From contig NMRA01000133.1 in assembly GCA_002633005.1 (NCBI GenBank), positions 195,886 through 259,885 on the forward strand: DNA of 64,000 nucleotides. The letters run 5' to 3'. The stretch is from Phoronis australis (Eukaryota; Animalia; Phoronida). Both the position numbers and the translations under genes were made by a program. The notes under the pieces are model-generated. The model made no database searches and had not been told where the DNA came from. It saw only the letters and a program-made list of their open reading frames with translations. How positions within the stretch are numbered: the stretch's first letter is position 1; the number at the start of each line of letters is the position of its first letter. Below, piece by piece: positions 11,401 through 26,400 of this stretch.

Positions 11401-14400
11401 TATTTTCTTTATCGTTTCTTTTGTGAAAAAAATTGACAAAATAGTGTTCAAGTCTGTCTGTCATATTGTTTGCTAAACAGGCGATGAGTTGCTGTATGTG
11501 TCATCAATGAAATGTGAATAAATCTGAACTTCACAGATGAGGGAGTCTGGCTAATTGTCCTCCACAAAATCGTAGCTGAATGAAATGACAGCCCAGCTTT
11601 ATTCAAGATCGAGACAATTTAAAAATGTGTTTGATCTCTTGAGTCAGATAGTCATCAGTTGAAATAACTGTGTTCTGTTCAAGTAGAACCATGTAAACTT
11701 GGTGATTTCCTTATAAGCAAAGGTGTTGGCTTTTCGTGCCAGGTAGATATTATCAGCGGAGCGTGTTTGATCCTGGTGAAGTTTCCCTAGCTGTATTCAT
11801 TCGCTCTAATTTGACGTGATCTGAATGAGCTTGGCTTTTATTTGGACCTGCTGTTCCATGCTAATATCTCCATCCCCCTCTCTTGTTCTGTGGGATCCAT
11901 GGGAGGTCCCCTTATCGATATTTGTAATCTATGGATGAATTGAAGTACCTCTTGTTGATAGACCTGAATGGGAATACACTTCGTCAGACATTTTGAGTGT
12001 GTAACATTGTCATAAAATCTTTTTTTCTACAATTGGAATATAGGGGATAATGTTAATCGCTGGTCCTCAAATGCATCACTGATTTGTGCGTAAGAGAGCG
12101 TGTCCTCGCGTTTTAGAGCACTCTTTTATCGACCAACGCAGGTGTTGTAGCAAACTCATGTCAGTTTTCAAACCGTTGAGGTGATCTTATGGAATATGTA
12201 CTAAAATATCGCTAATGAATTTGTTGTACTTCAATTTTGCATTAAATAATTTTCTTAATTTTTTGAAATAGTAGTTTTTATTCATAGAATTTTCAGAAAT
12301 TATGTCTACACTAAGGGATTCTGCTGTCAGGTTTTTTGGAATTTTTACTTGTTTGTCAAAATCCATTCTTTGTCAAAATTACACTTACATCAAAATTAAA
12401 TTTTTGATCAGGTAAACTGCTTCCAAGTGCATTGCAGTTAAACATGGACACTGCCAATCTTCAATAGTGGTGCCTAGAGCTCTTATGAACATATATCTAG
12501 TGATTGTGGTGAACAGAAATCAGATCTGCTTTGTTCATGCAAAGCTTGTTATCCGAGTCGGAATACTTTTTTAGTCGTGGCTATGTTGGCGGCCATTGAA
12601 AGAACATGAAGGTTCTTGATTTGTTGCTGCTGAGCGTGTGCCTGTAGAAATGGTGTGGGTGACTAGCGTTCTTTTATACCTGCAGTTGCTCATTACGAGA
12701 TTTTACGATTCTGTTTCACGTGTTGGCAAAAAGCATTTTAAAGTCTCATTTTTGTGGTCTGTATATATGTAATCATGTGTACAGTTGATTAGATAGAAAA
12801 AATTCAGGGTATTAAACTTCTAGGAAACTGCTATGCTAGTAATCAAGATTTTGTTTTTATAGAAAATCGGTTGCTTATTTGCTGGAGTAACATTTTGGAA
12901 GGCCATTAATATTTTGTATACTTAAGCTTTGTCGCTCAATTAGTTTTCAAGATTTATTGTTTGGTTCTTCCACAGTGGCAGATCTATGAGGGGGCTCAGG
13001 TAGTTTTAAACCCCCCTCCAGAAGTAAGACACTTGTCAGCCATAGTGTGTTTTAAGTTGATGAGATTTTACCCCTAGTAATACATATGAATGTTGCCCTA
13101 ATGGTTTCTATAACATATCTGATCATTCAGAGATAAGATTGTTCTCTGGTTATGAGTTATGTCCCAATATCCCTGGGCAAACATTATCCCCAGAGCCAGG
13201 GGGTCTCCTTATGTCAAGTGCTTGCTTTGTTTTACTAACCAATGCCTGACCCTAGTTACCAGTTGGTGTTGTCTTGTGAAGCAGAAATGGCACACAACTG
13301 ATTGGCCCTGTGTAAAGATGGTTGACAAAAATTGGAACTACTGGTTCTTCTTCATTCCAGGGTTTTGTTGAACTGTGACCAATAGGATGTAGGTTTCTAA
13401 ATCTCGCTCTCTAACTCCTGGCATCAGTTAAAAGCAAAAAACAACACCGTTGAGACTGACACGTGCAGTAATCATCTACGAGCATGAAATGCAACTTGTA
13501 ATTGCAGTCAGCTGATGAAGTTACCCTTCTGCACGTTAAAGTGTGGCCTGAGGTTTTTAGCAGTTTTTACAACTGTTGAGTCCGGCTCATTGAGTCTGTC
13601 GAAGTTGGCTTGAAATGTTGGTAAATACATGTTGAATTAGATTTTCTTTCATTAAGATCAGCCTTGTATCAAACAGAGCTTATGTCAGTCAACTAGTGTT
13701 AAATGCGGTCTGATAAGCTTGTCTGTGAAAATTTAGGTTTGAAGACCCTGAAGAATCATTTTCCATTTGTATAAAATTGTGGAGAGGAGTATTTAGGTAT
13801 TTAGAAAATATTGTTGACCACATTTGTCTTATTCTGGTGCAAAGTGAATTTTTATGCGCCCACATATTTATATGTGGACGCATTATTATTGATTGAGTTT
13901 GCAGTCTTGTAATGGTGAATAGCACAGCGTGAAGTTAACTAACGTACTGTATCTGCCTTGGAAAGCTTACTCACAGGTGTAAGTTCATCTTTAACTTTGA
14001 AGTTATTCTGGCGTAGAAGCCTTCCTACTCTGGTGTAAACCCATGATCCCCAATTGGTGGAACAAAATTTGACCTAGATTTTGGAAATCAAGGTGTTACT
14101 TTGGGTAGTTGCAATCCCTAATTAAGGAAGACAGTGACAGTGCATGTGTTTTTGGATTTGAACTGAATCGATTGGCATTGTGGGTTTGCAATATTTTCTG
14201 ACAATTCTATATTTTTGATAACATGGCGACATGGTGAAGCCATTTTTAATTCACAAGCTCATGTGCTACCAATTCAGCATGCTGTTTGTCACAAACTTCT
14301 ACTGACTGTCTCGTTGATGAGTAGAATTGAAGTAATTTGCATGTGAGGCATAGGTCAAAGGGCATGCATAAACGACCTTTAAAAGCTATTATAGATTTTT

Positions 14401-17400
14401 AAGTTGTGTTATGTAATGACTTATTTCTTCAATTTAAGACTGGATTTATAATTAAACTTAAACACGAAGATTCTTTTCAAATTCCAGAAGACATGATTCA
14501 TAACAAAAGAGAATGTAGAAAATTGTAATTTTCTTCAAAAATATTTGGTTGTCAGAACCACTGAGAAAGAATCAGCCCTGAGAGACCAACTGTCTTCTGG
14601 TTTACATCAGAGCGGATTCTGATTGTGATTCGTTATTCTGGTGGACCAAGTCAACACAGTTATCACCTGTGTATATATTGTACATTATGCTGGGCAAATC
14701 TAACATGTCTCTATTATCACTGCTTCTAACTGACCGCTCATGTTGAACATTTTGCCAATTATCAGTAACCTGTCAGATTTATGGGGTGGATTATTGCCCG
14801 GAGATTTGTGGACTGACAAAGATTTACTCAGACAAAGGTTTGTTCGCTTTCTGTCGTTCCAGATTTGCTATTTTGATGAATTCCGACTTACCCAGGTGTT
14901 AAGATGTTCTAGATATGATTTACTCTGTGAGTTGGTGGCAAATGCTATTTTACAAATGATAAATATGGTTAATGTTTTTATTTTTTAATTAACATTCACA
15001 TGTTAAGCTTTTGCATGGCCAAATTTTTAGTTGTTTTATAGTAACTCCTTTAAAAATGTCTAAAATTGGACAACTTTTGAAACGCCAGGTCACAGAAATA
15101 GGAGATCTGATTCACATGAAATATTTGGATACTACACTGTAAGTGCTGTTCCCTGAAGCAATGTTGGGAATTGTTTTTGAATCGATCCACTTGTGTATGA
15201 GGAGTCATCGAAAATAGTAATTTATGATTTTTATTATTAGAAAATTAAAAACTAAAAAGTAGCATAAAGCGAAAACAAGTGAATAGCGTAGGTGAGGGTC
15301 AAGGAGTCGTACTTTTGACATCATCAACGTTTTAGAGTACACATGAAATAACAATGTAGGTTCGTCAGTCTTGTCAGTCTAATGTCATAATAATAGTGTT
15401 CAGAGTTTCCACACCTTGAATTTATGGCCACTCTACTGACCCTGTTTAATTGCCACCCCTCTGACATATGTTTCACTGTAGAAATAATTCTTTATTCGGT
15501 TCCACTCTGTTTTCATGTTCTGTTTTCTGATTTAAAGTTGCTGGAGAGTTAAATTTCAAGTGAAATTGAATTTCTTGTGTGTATGCAGGATCTTTGACCC
15601 TGGTACAAAAAAATCCCGAAGCAGTGTCTTGGCATTCTTCAACAATAATTGGAGAAAAATTTAATCGCTTTCCCCCAAAAAGTACAAAGCTTTTGAAAAC
15701 TTGTAATGTGTGTAGTTTCCATTCCAATCAATTCAAAACCTATCACAAATAGAAGAAAATGGGACTCAGCAGCGTTATAGGGTTCGTAATATTCATAAAG
15801 ATTTACCCAATCTTTCTCCTTAGCCAACAAAGTGCCTAGCTGTAGTCTCATCTTAGCCTTAAAATTATGTCCCTTTCCTCTTCTCTGCCAACGAATCTTT
15901 TGTTCATTCAAATACCTTGCTCATGAGGTGATTTTACAATGCACTGAGACATTTTGTCGGCAACTTAAAACACTGTACCTTTCGAAGCCGATCAAGCCAT
16001 CAGTACTTAAACTTGTTACATTCGATTATTTCGTCTTCAAAAAGGTATTAAACATTACCCAGCATGCCTGGCCTGCACGATTTATTCTCGCTGTGGGTGT
16101 ATTTAGGAGAAAAGCTTTTGTGGATATTATGACCTGTGCTTATTTATTCAACATATTTACTCTGGTGGCCGGAAAAATGAACCAATTATCCGAGCGAATG
16201 AAAGACCAAAGAAAGGGATTTAAACCACTTTACCCCGACTATTCAGTGATATATTTTGTTACTCAAACCCAGTTCATTGTACACTTAAAATGCTCCTCTA
16301 ACGGAAATTCAGGGAACGGCCGTGTCATTTAAAACTGCTTGTCTACAATATGGCTTCCCCGTCAGACAAATCTGACCCGATTACGAATATCTGTCCTTGA
16401 TCTATGTTTCTGTCTGGAATATCTGGTAACCATCTTCATCTTTCTACCCAGGGGTTTTTCTTCACAAGTTTAGCTACAAACCGGGATTATCGGTATAAAA
16501 TAGGTTTAATAAAAATCAGCTTAGCCGTCATTCAGCTTATATTGACCATATTCAGCGTTAATTCTCATACTCACAATCCTTTTTTAAACTTCTCTTTGGA
16601 AAGTCTCCTTTTAAAATATAGTAAAAACCTCCGTCTAGGCTAAATGATAAATGATTTGCAGTGAGCCTCTGTCTAAACCACTGTATTATCTAACAGAAAA
16701 GTGCGATTGGATTAACAGGCGTTTTTGAGTTGTGCACTTTTCTCAGTTTTGTTTGTTGTGGATCATTTGTCTGGGCCTCATGTCACTCGAACATAATTTC
16801 TTCGGGGAGGTGTATAGAATGTCACTTTATTTTATGTAAATTTACTTTATTTGATGTGAATGCCTCTACAAGCACGTAGATCAGTTAGTCTGAATTTTTT
16901 TGACCTAGCGAAGACTGACTCCTGTTTGGTGTGTTAAGTCATTAATGTGGTTGGGTTGAGTTAGTACTTTTAAAGGATTAGACCCCAGGCTGTCTCCAAG
17001 AATCCACAACAATCAGAACTTACAGGGGTAATGGGTTTGGAATGTTTACCTTTGACTTTTACCTGGACAAATTATTCATATGTTAAAATGACTCAATACA
17101 TAATCGATAACCAACTTTGTCCAGCTGGTTTCTTACCTGAAACCTTGTTGTTGCCCAGGTGGGTACACTGTTGATCCACCCACCCACCCTGTTTTCAACT
17201 AGTTCACCTGTGTGGCCTTAACCAGTCTGTTATTTCTGCCCAATTTGTACAATTGTTGTTATGCAATAGGGTTTCCTGTTGTCTGTTTGCATTATCAGTA
17301 AGCTGATTTGGGTTCACCTTTCTGCCCTGTTGTTTGTACTCTGTTGGTCAACCTGCCTTCATTCAACTTTAATGTCACTAGTACAGGTTTGGAGTGAGTG

Positions 17401-20400
17401 GGAATAGTGCTCCATCTTATCAGTGTGTGTGGCTAAAACACTTGCCATTTCTCTACACAAATATGCTGTCCATTTAGGGGTAATTTTCCCCAGTTCTTAG
17501 CTTGTTAGCTAAACTCTGCTCTATAGAAACCCCAGAATTTTGTATAATGTAAAACTAGTTCTTCTGTTCAAGATTAAGGAAATTCTTTGGCTACACACTG
17601 TGTTGTAATCACACAAAATTTGGTGAATGAATGAAATTTTCTTTTTTCTTTTCTTTCATGACAGATAAGTTGCACAAAATAAATGTTTTGTCCCCTTTAA
17701 GTTCTACACCACAGACACTCACCATCAGGTTATGTTTTGAGAAATTGTAGGCATTGGCAATAATGCTAGAAGATCTGGAAAAATCACTCGGGATCATTTT
17801 CGGCTATTATTTTGTACAAATTTGTGACATTCTACAGCCTTATCACCGCTATTTAATTACGTCATACATTAGACTAAACACCTTTACTTATTAATTTTCA
17901 CTTTACTATCTCTACTTGTGGGTCCCTCCAATGCTGAATCATCTTGAAACTTAGTCCAAACAAACCAAGTCTGTTTTATCAGCCCTCTGTTTCATACCTG
18001 TCAACACCCCCTGTTTGATCTGATACAGACTGAAGACATTAGTGGATATAGTCTTCTAAACTTATCTCAGAATGGCTGTCTTATAAATACTCCCTTTATC
18101 AGAATTCTCAAGACACCTCTCAAGAGTAAACATAACATTTGACTGAAGTTGATTTATTCACATATTTGTCTAGTTTGCAGGTTCTTTAAAAATCTAAACT
18201 GCTTTTTATTGCAATATTTTCATCCATTGTTATATTCTTCTATTACCTGTGACTGTTCTAATGACACTTGTCAACAATTCCTGCCCAGTCATAGTTGGGG
18301 CTTATGGGTAATTCTTCAGATATTTCTTACAAAAATAATTGCCAAAATTATTTTTTTTCTGTTTCTCTAAGGCTGACAAGTGACAACTTTTCTGCAAATA
18401 ATAGAACTAGCCAGCTTTTCCTTTGTGACATCTACAACTGGAGAAGAAACCAAGTTAATGATAGACTGAAGGCTCCCTAGTCTTCAGTTTTGTTGTCAGT
18501 AATTTGGCAAAATGAAATTTCAAGTGACTGTCATATTGTGTGCTCAATAAGTGAAGAATGATTTGTCACAATATTTGGCTAAATTTCCACAGTGGTGTGC
18601 TTCTTTCCTTTGCATATTCTGTGTTTGAGTACTCTTCATGGTTTAAAGTGGCTCCCTGCATTCTTGAAATAGACCAGGTATAGTTATTTATTAGCTCTTG
18701 TTTTGAGACTGAAGACCACTGCATTGGCACGCATATCTCTGGCAGAGATCATCTGACACACCAACCGCAGAACTCGTATCGTGATTCCCCCGTTCTGTCA
18801 GTATGGTAAAATTTCACCAAGAATTGCCAAAATTGACCTTTTTCATTTTTCAACTAGTTGTTGTGACTGTCTACGATTTTTCGAAATATTTTTTGTTGGT
18901 ATCTGTGGTACTAAACTTGACTGTGGAAAAGCATTAATTATTTGCTTCATATCTTTAATGGAAAAATATACTTGCATGCCATATTGTGTTCTAAATTCAG
19001 GACTTGGCATTTTCCTCTTTTAAGAGGATTCCTTTTTTTGGTTTGGATTTCATTTTATTTGATTTCAATTTTTCTCTTTTTCGCCTCTTTTTATCATTAC
19101 TTTGACTTTATTCATACAAAAAATGTTTATTTCAGTTAAATTTTAGTACACAAGAATTCTTTCTATCGCACTTGTCTACTTCTTAGTGGAACAATACATC
19201 ACCTGGAAAATTTTCATCTTTTTGTCATTAGTCATTGCAAGCCCTGTAAATTGATGAAATTTTACGATATTAAATGATTCCAGTTCTCTCTATCTTGTCA
19301 TTCCTCACTGGCTCTGATGAAAATACAATAAATACTTTGTCGAGTTGTGAAACTAATGAGTAGGGTGAATCTTCAGTTGTATTGTAGAATTATACTGTGG
19401 CACATTGTAGAAAAATTGTTTTAGAAAAAAAATTGTTTTAGAAAATTTTGTTCTCTTAACATGGTTGATATGACGCAACAGTCTTCAAACAGCATTTGGT
19501 ATATATTGAACATATTGAACATTCATAGCAATCCAATAAGCCTTTGAAAAATCAAAAAAAAACTTTTACAATAAAAAATTATTTTTTGTCCCAAATTGAA
19601 GAATTTTTTACTTACAGGGGTTTGTGGGAGGTACAGGGGTTTGTGGGACAATTAGTTGAATTTTTACAAGTAGATCTGTCCAAGTTCAAATCGTGTTCTA
19701 CCGTTGTTCAGTGTTTTGGGTGACGTAACATGGATTTTTCACACATTTGGTGTTTATACATCATGTATTTCTGCTAAGGGTTTTTCTATGTTATCATTCC
19801 TATCTGATCTCCATCAACCATTGTTCAATCAGCCTCAGTACAGTAACATTTCTGTCGTTTTCGACAATGATAATGAAGTCTTTTTATTGAAGTGTTACCA
19901 TAATTTTGAGACGAATGGTGATGTCCAGTCATTAAATAGTATAAAATTACAGTATCCAGATTTTTTGTTCTTTTTTCGAAGTAGATCAGTCTTTTAATTG
20001 ATTATTTGGAAATTGCTGTCTTTTTGTAACAAGTTTACAGGAATCAAAATAATAAGACCTTCCAATTGAAAGAATGTTTACCACAATTACCAGGTTCCAT
20101 TCTTGGCAATAGAGCCATCATGACTACACACCACACCTCACTCAATGTTATCAGTGCCCTAACAGGTTATCTTACCTGCATGGGGTGATTTTCTTGGTCA
20201 AAGTATCCAGGAATGTTAATCACTACTTGCAAAGGTATCCTCTCACAGCACCAGTAATACATGTGATGTGGTTTCAGATGTATATTGCAATATATTTGTT
20301 GATCCATAAGAAGCTTTTGAGGGAGTTGACCACAATTTATTGGCATATGCCTCACAGTAACCTGTTCTTGACTATTCAGAATCATGTATGACAATCCAAT

Positions 20401-23400
20401 GCATGAATGGATAAGGCAGGGATTATGTGGGTGATGGATCAGCTCCTTGCTTAGTAGAGAATCCATTCTGAGAGTCTTTCCAGCAGATGATGCCATTATC
20501 AAATGTAAGGTGGTAACCACTTCCTGAAATGTCATCTTGTGGTCTATAGGAAGTGAAGTGATGCTTCTGCGTTTCTCACTTTCATTGGATTTGGACTATG
20601 AAAGCTTGATAATAACTGGCCAATATCCTTGTCTACTGCAGTTCTGCGCAAGGGAGTGCACAGATCTGAAATGATTAAATTACTCTAAGAAAACTAGAGG
20701 CTATGTTTTGAAAAATGCCCAGTGAAAACATTTCCCACCGTGCCTCCATCACTTGTAACCAATCTCTTGTGTGTGCCTGGCACAAGTCTGGTTAACTTGT
20801 TGATTGACCGAACTCCCAAGCCCTCAGCTGAACCACTGCAACTCCCATCAACGCCACCGATCTGGGAGCGACAGTTTAAATTTGAAAATGTTTCCGCTGA
20901 CATTTTGATCAGTCGATAGCATTCAGACATAATGCGATTTTAGCATAGGCATACATTGTTGGAGGGCAGATACCTTGTTAACACCGATATGATTACACCG
21001 TGAGGTTTGATTAAAAAGATACACGTTTAAATTGTTTTTTTGAAAGGGTGCAGATTTTGATATATTGAATTTCAGTATGAATTACATCACCGTGGTGATG
21101 GTCCGGCACACTTTTGTGTTTGTTAAGCTGCTAACATTGCCTCTTGAACTGGGTTCACATTTGCGACAATTTTCTGTGTCTGGTTCTGTTTTATTTGACT
21201 TAAAAACCCATTCTGTGGCATTCTGCTCAGTGCAAATTTAGTGTTAAAATCTAAATTGAGTCATAAATATGAACTCATGTTTGGTCAAAGGGCATATATA
21301 GATCTGGTCTGCACACTGGATGGCCTATTTTGAAATTTGCTCCTCACTTTTATCAAGCAACTGCTGTCATTTTTTTAGTCAAGTCCTCCATCTTTTAGAA
21401 CATTTGTTCTCAACAGCATACAGGCTGTGGCAGATTTTCAGCTGTGTGGCTTGTCAAGGTGGCCACAAACAGCTCTGCCGTCATTGACTGCGTGAGCACT
21501 GGGCAGGCAACCATGTCACTATGTCACTGAAGCTGGTGATGGGAAGAACCCCCCCGCACACCCCCCCCCCCCNCCAGCCACATTTGCTGATAACAAGTCT
21601 ATTTTAGGAGAATTGAACATCTAAAATACTGCATCACTGTATCAATTAAAAAACAAGAACTAACAAGGTTTTTGTCTTGATATTAAGAGGTGTCGTGGCT
21701 TGAAAGTGTGCAATGGTAATATAACACATATTTAAGTTGAGGGTTTGAGAAGGATGACTGAGAGCTAGATAAATATTTTGGTTTACCGGTTGGACCAAAC
21801 ACCATTGTTTAGTTGTGTCAAAGAACCCCATATTCCTGTGTGTTCAAGGAATCTGGTGGCTAAAAACAAACCAGTACTTTGTCCTGTGAACACAGTTAAG
21901 ACAATCTGTGTTGTTTTAGGCTGTTAATTAAAAGCACGAATTGCTAGTAACTGTAGCTGACTGTTTAGACAAATCCTGGGGTGTCTGAGAGGTTGAGACA
22001 TGTAGTAGATTGATAGAGGCCAATCATGGCACAAGACTGACTGTGGGGTTTATCTCAACCCAGGAAAGGTCTTATAACAGAAAAATGGCTGGTGTAAAAA
22101 TGACACCAGACTGTCTTCAAGTACAAAATGGAGTTTCTTGTGAAGCACTTGAAGCGCATTTTTAAAGGCAGAGGCCATGTTGTAAGATTGAAATAGATGA
22201 GTGGATTAGAAACGACCACAGGATGTGTTCATGTACAAGTTGAAGTTCCTTGGTGTTCATTGCCTTGTTCTTGTGTATTATAATTTAACTGTTCATGTTT
22301 TGTCACAATGACTAAATCAACGACAGAAAGATGAGAGTACGTCTGTGTTGTACCCTTATTAAATGTTGTGAATTTATGGTGGAAATGTATTGATTATCAT
22401 ATATGGGATGTTCTAGTGAGGCACAGCTATCCTGATACATATAGTTTGCTTAAGAGGTTTTTTTACAAGTCCTTAACGATGGATTACATCTCTGTTGATT
22501 CCTGGGTACTGTTTGGCAGAAATGCTTGAAAGGACCATTCTTTACACTTGGCCCACATTTTAGCCTAGGTGTTTGGCATCGGTGGTGACTGGTGATGAAA
22601 GATTGGAGAGAAACTGTCACTGGACCATAGTATTGTGTCAGCCAAGCCTTGCCATTTGTGCTAATGTAGGTCTTGCCTGTTTTGTTGGATTTGTGGGGAT
22701 CATTATGGGTGGACAGAAAACTACACAAATATCACTGATTTTGGTCAGAAGACCATCGAAATTATACAAATTTTTTACACATTTACATATATGATACATA
22801 CGTATATAAGTTATTAAGGCATAAAGTGGTATTGTGTTGCTACGTAGTCGATCAAGCAAGCTGCAGATCTCTATAAAAACTGCTAGTATCTCATTTATTC
22901 AATTCCAATCTTCGAGTCTAATTCTGTATGTTTTAACTTACAACTTCCACTCTAGTGCTTGTCACTCTATAGTGTTAACAACAGTTCACCCTTTATTATG
23001 AGAGGGGCGTCATTCAATAGTTTTTTACCTGATCTCCTTACATGGTAATTGACCTGTGTTTACAAAGGCATCATTAGATATGGATGACATCTTTTAGTCT
23101 GAATGAACAGGCCCAACTCAGTTTACTGTTGGAATTTCCTGCTCTTAAAATTGACAAAAGATACTGTCAGTGATATTAAGATACTGTCGGTGATATTAAG
23201 ATACTGTCGGTGATATTGAGATACTGTCGGTGATATTCTGCATTGCATGCTCTAGAAACAACATGCTTTTTTCTGCCATGAAATTATGTGATTGTTAATA
23301 AAATCGGGCTCATACCAAGGGGGCAGGGATTTGGATTCCCCTCCATGCTCAACCACTTTTGAAATTGAGGAATATAAATTGCCCGCCGTGTCTCCAGATA

Positions 23401-26400
23401 GTTAAACCCCCCTCTGGTCCTGATCTGGGATCTCGGAGAATAAAAGAAAATGTGTAATAAAATTTTCTGGAAAACGTGGTGGCTGCAGCCTACATTTTAA
23501 ATCCACGTGTTTACACACTCATTTATCAATTCACCATCTACCAAACTGTTTAAAAACTACAACCAGTTTATAAAACAAACATTTACACTAGTTCACCATG
23601 TTTGTGACTTTGTCCTGTCTCACCAATATCATCAATAAATTCCACTGCATTCTAGAATGATTTTTTCGAAATTTTGCTTAAAAGATTTATTTCAGGTTGA
23701 CTGGCCTGTTAGCGGATAGCCAGTCTCTATTTTGACTTTGGGGCGGTGATGTGATAGGGTGATATCTTTGTTTAACTAATCATGCTTAAAAATGTGCGTT
23801 TTCTCACATTTTGTCACGTTGTTAAATGCTATATAGAATGTCTACCGACAGTTATGTGAACTTTTCTCTGCCAAGAGATTTTGGCAAACGTAATTCATGC
23901 ATTAAATAGCCCCAGGTTTTTCAGCAATCAGGATGCAAACCACGGTTCCTATAGTTACTCACAAGTTTCCTTTTGTAAATTGAGAAATGTTCACAGTCAA
24001 AAAGCACATTGCCATTGGCAAAGTATGTATTGCCATAAGACTGCATTAATTGAGTGGTCTCAGTCTGGTAATGGAACATTTTGCTAGTTTGTTTCAGACA
24101 GAAATTATTGAATTTTGCTTTCTGTCTTCGCTTCCTGGCAAAACTCTGCGCCAAAGTACCACTTGAGAAAATAACTGTATTTCGTCCTATTGGAATCAGT
24201 TTTTAGTTTAAGACAAGACTTATGATGTGGTCGTTTGGAATTCGACCTTTTCAATTTAAATCAACATTTTCTTTTCTTATCTTCCAATCCAGTTAGCTTC
24301 TGGCTGGAGTCCATTTAATGCATTGACCCTGGAGGTCTGAATTCAATATTCTCCAATCGGATGAAAAGACTTTTTTAATTCAAACCACACTTCATGCTAT
24401 CTGGACTACAAGCAATAGGGCTATGGTTTAAATGAAATTTCATCATTTGTCGACTGCTGTTGTGGGTTAGACTCTGGCATGAATTTAGAATTTACAATTT
24501 AGCTGGTTATCTCTGGGCCTTTAAGAGTTCTTGAGGATAAATCTATTGTCATGTTCTAATCTTGATTTTTTAGGCTTAATTATTTTCCTTATACCGACAT
24601 GAAAATTATTTTTGTCCTTATTCTTAATTTTTATTAAGCTGTACCATAAAACCTAAGACTATTAGTCGTTTTTTAGTAGTCATGGGTTTGTGATACCGTC
24701 TTTCTTTTGTTAGAAATATTCTTTTGTTTGAAATATTGCTTATAAAAAGGTGAGTATGCCAGGACCATAAAACTTTGACTTATGATCTGCTCATAAATTC
24801 AGGCAATGACAAAATATTTACTCACATCCTAACTACTTAAGTACACATCTTTGTGTCTATGAGACCACAACATGACCAACTATTGGTAGTGGTAAGATAA
24901 CTCTACACTAAGATTAGCTCAGAATTTAATGAAACTATTGGAGAAAAACCACATGAAAGATGATGGTCTTAACACCTTTATAAGTCCTTTGAAAATCTAC
25001 TTTAATTTTTGACATTCATACACACTGAGACCCACCAACGAGCCGCACTTTGTTCTGGGTTCTTGCTGTAAAAGTGACACCAGTGTCAGTGAAGTTTAGT
25101 TCGCACTGTGCGCTAAAATTTCACCGATTCAGAACACAAATATGATGGACATGTGAAATTCCATTTTTTCCTAAGAAATTTAGCTATGTTAGAAGCCTTT
25201 GAAAAAATGTGGAAAGGAAGTTTTTGTGCAATTATTTATGTCCAAAATTAACAAGATTTTACCATAAATGAATGTCTTACTTAATGATTTGTCTTTTTGG
25301 TTCTTCCTGTGTTTTTTGTTTTGTTATTGTGATTAATTTATGATATTTGATGAGTCACGCATTTTATTTAAAAGTAGTTAAAATTTTTCAAATTCCATTT
25401 TATTGAAATTTTCAAATTCCTTAGATATTGTTAAAAATCTTAACATTTAAATATTGCGGTTAAACTGTTTCTCCAGTTGTCCAATAAAAGTTCCCACAGC
25501 TGAGAGTCACATGTTTCACTCGACTCAAGGAATAATTGGTCTATTTATCATGCTGCTGTAATTCATATTTCTTATATGACTATGCTCGGCGCAGCAAGAC
25601 ATCTCTCCCGAATCAGGCCGGAACAAGCTTCAGGTCTTATGAAGGTTGCTTTGTATTTCCCAGACCCTGTGACCTGGCCTTTGTTTTATCTGGTCTGCGG
25701 TATGTTGCTCCCTGGGGCTATGGTAGTTCAGAACCACTTTGAAAGTTCTGTTCCTAAGTCTCATCAAGTATTTGCATTTCTCTTGTAAGAAGATCTATTA
25801 ATATCCGGACTTGTTGATGGTTTAGATCATAAATTGTAGGTGTTCTATTCATCGTGCCCCCATTCTCAAATTCCACATTGTTTTTGTATCCGTGATCCAG
25901 AATGTTGAGAGCTAAGTAATGGCTTCAGGGCATAGTCGTGTTTTTTGCCTTATTAGTCAGAGCTGTGCTTTGAATTCAAATTGGAAACGTGTGTACAACT
26001 TTCTAGCCGTGACCTTTAGCACACATTCCCCTCTTTTCAATATTTCTGACAACTACATCAGTGACGATTGTTTCCTTTTTAATAAAAAGTAGATGACCGT
26101 ATTTCGGTAAGATGTTTTCCACGAAACTTGAAGATATAATGATAATGGTCGCTTTTGTAAATCAGATCTCTGACACAGCTTTTAAAAAATGATCTAAACC
26201 GGCTCCAACGGGTGGACATCGAATGGCTAATAACGCATTATTTAGACATAAATATTACCAGGGCTGAGACATTAGTTAGTCGGGCCAATTTGCCGGTTGA
26301 CATCGGTTGCCAATCTACTCCTCAGATGTATAATAAACTCATTGCCCACAACTATTAACCTTACATGGCCTTACTAGGGAAACCTACAAGTTATTTTTTA

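Noticed and set aside
15832-16332. 166-aa intronic ORF
   Set aside because: GTG start, no recognisable domain, low-complexity intron-like composition and no supporting splice structure.
19406-19648. Short local duplications (TAGAAAAATTGTTT x3; TACAGGGGTTTGTGGGA x2; also 9189-9228 and 59431-59560)
   Set aside because: Ordinary slippage products with no evidence of function.
23160-23237. Regular short repeats (also 46551-46742 and 51637-51797) as possible CRISPR arrays
   Set aside because: Units are contiguous with no unique spacers, there are no cas genes, and the context is eukaryotic.
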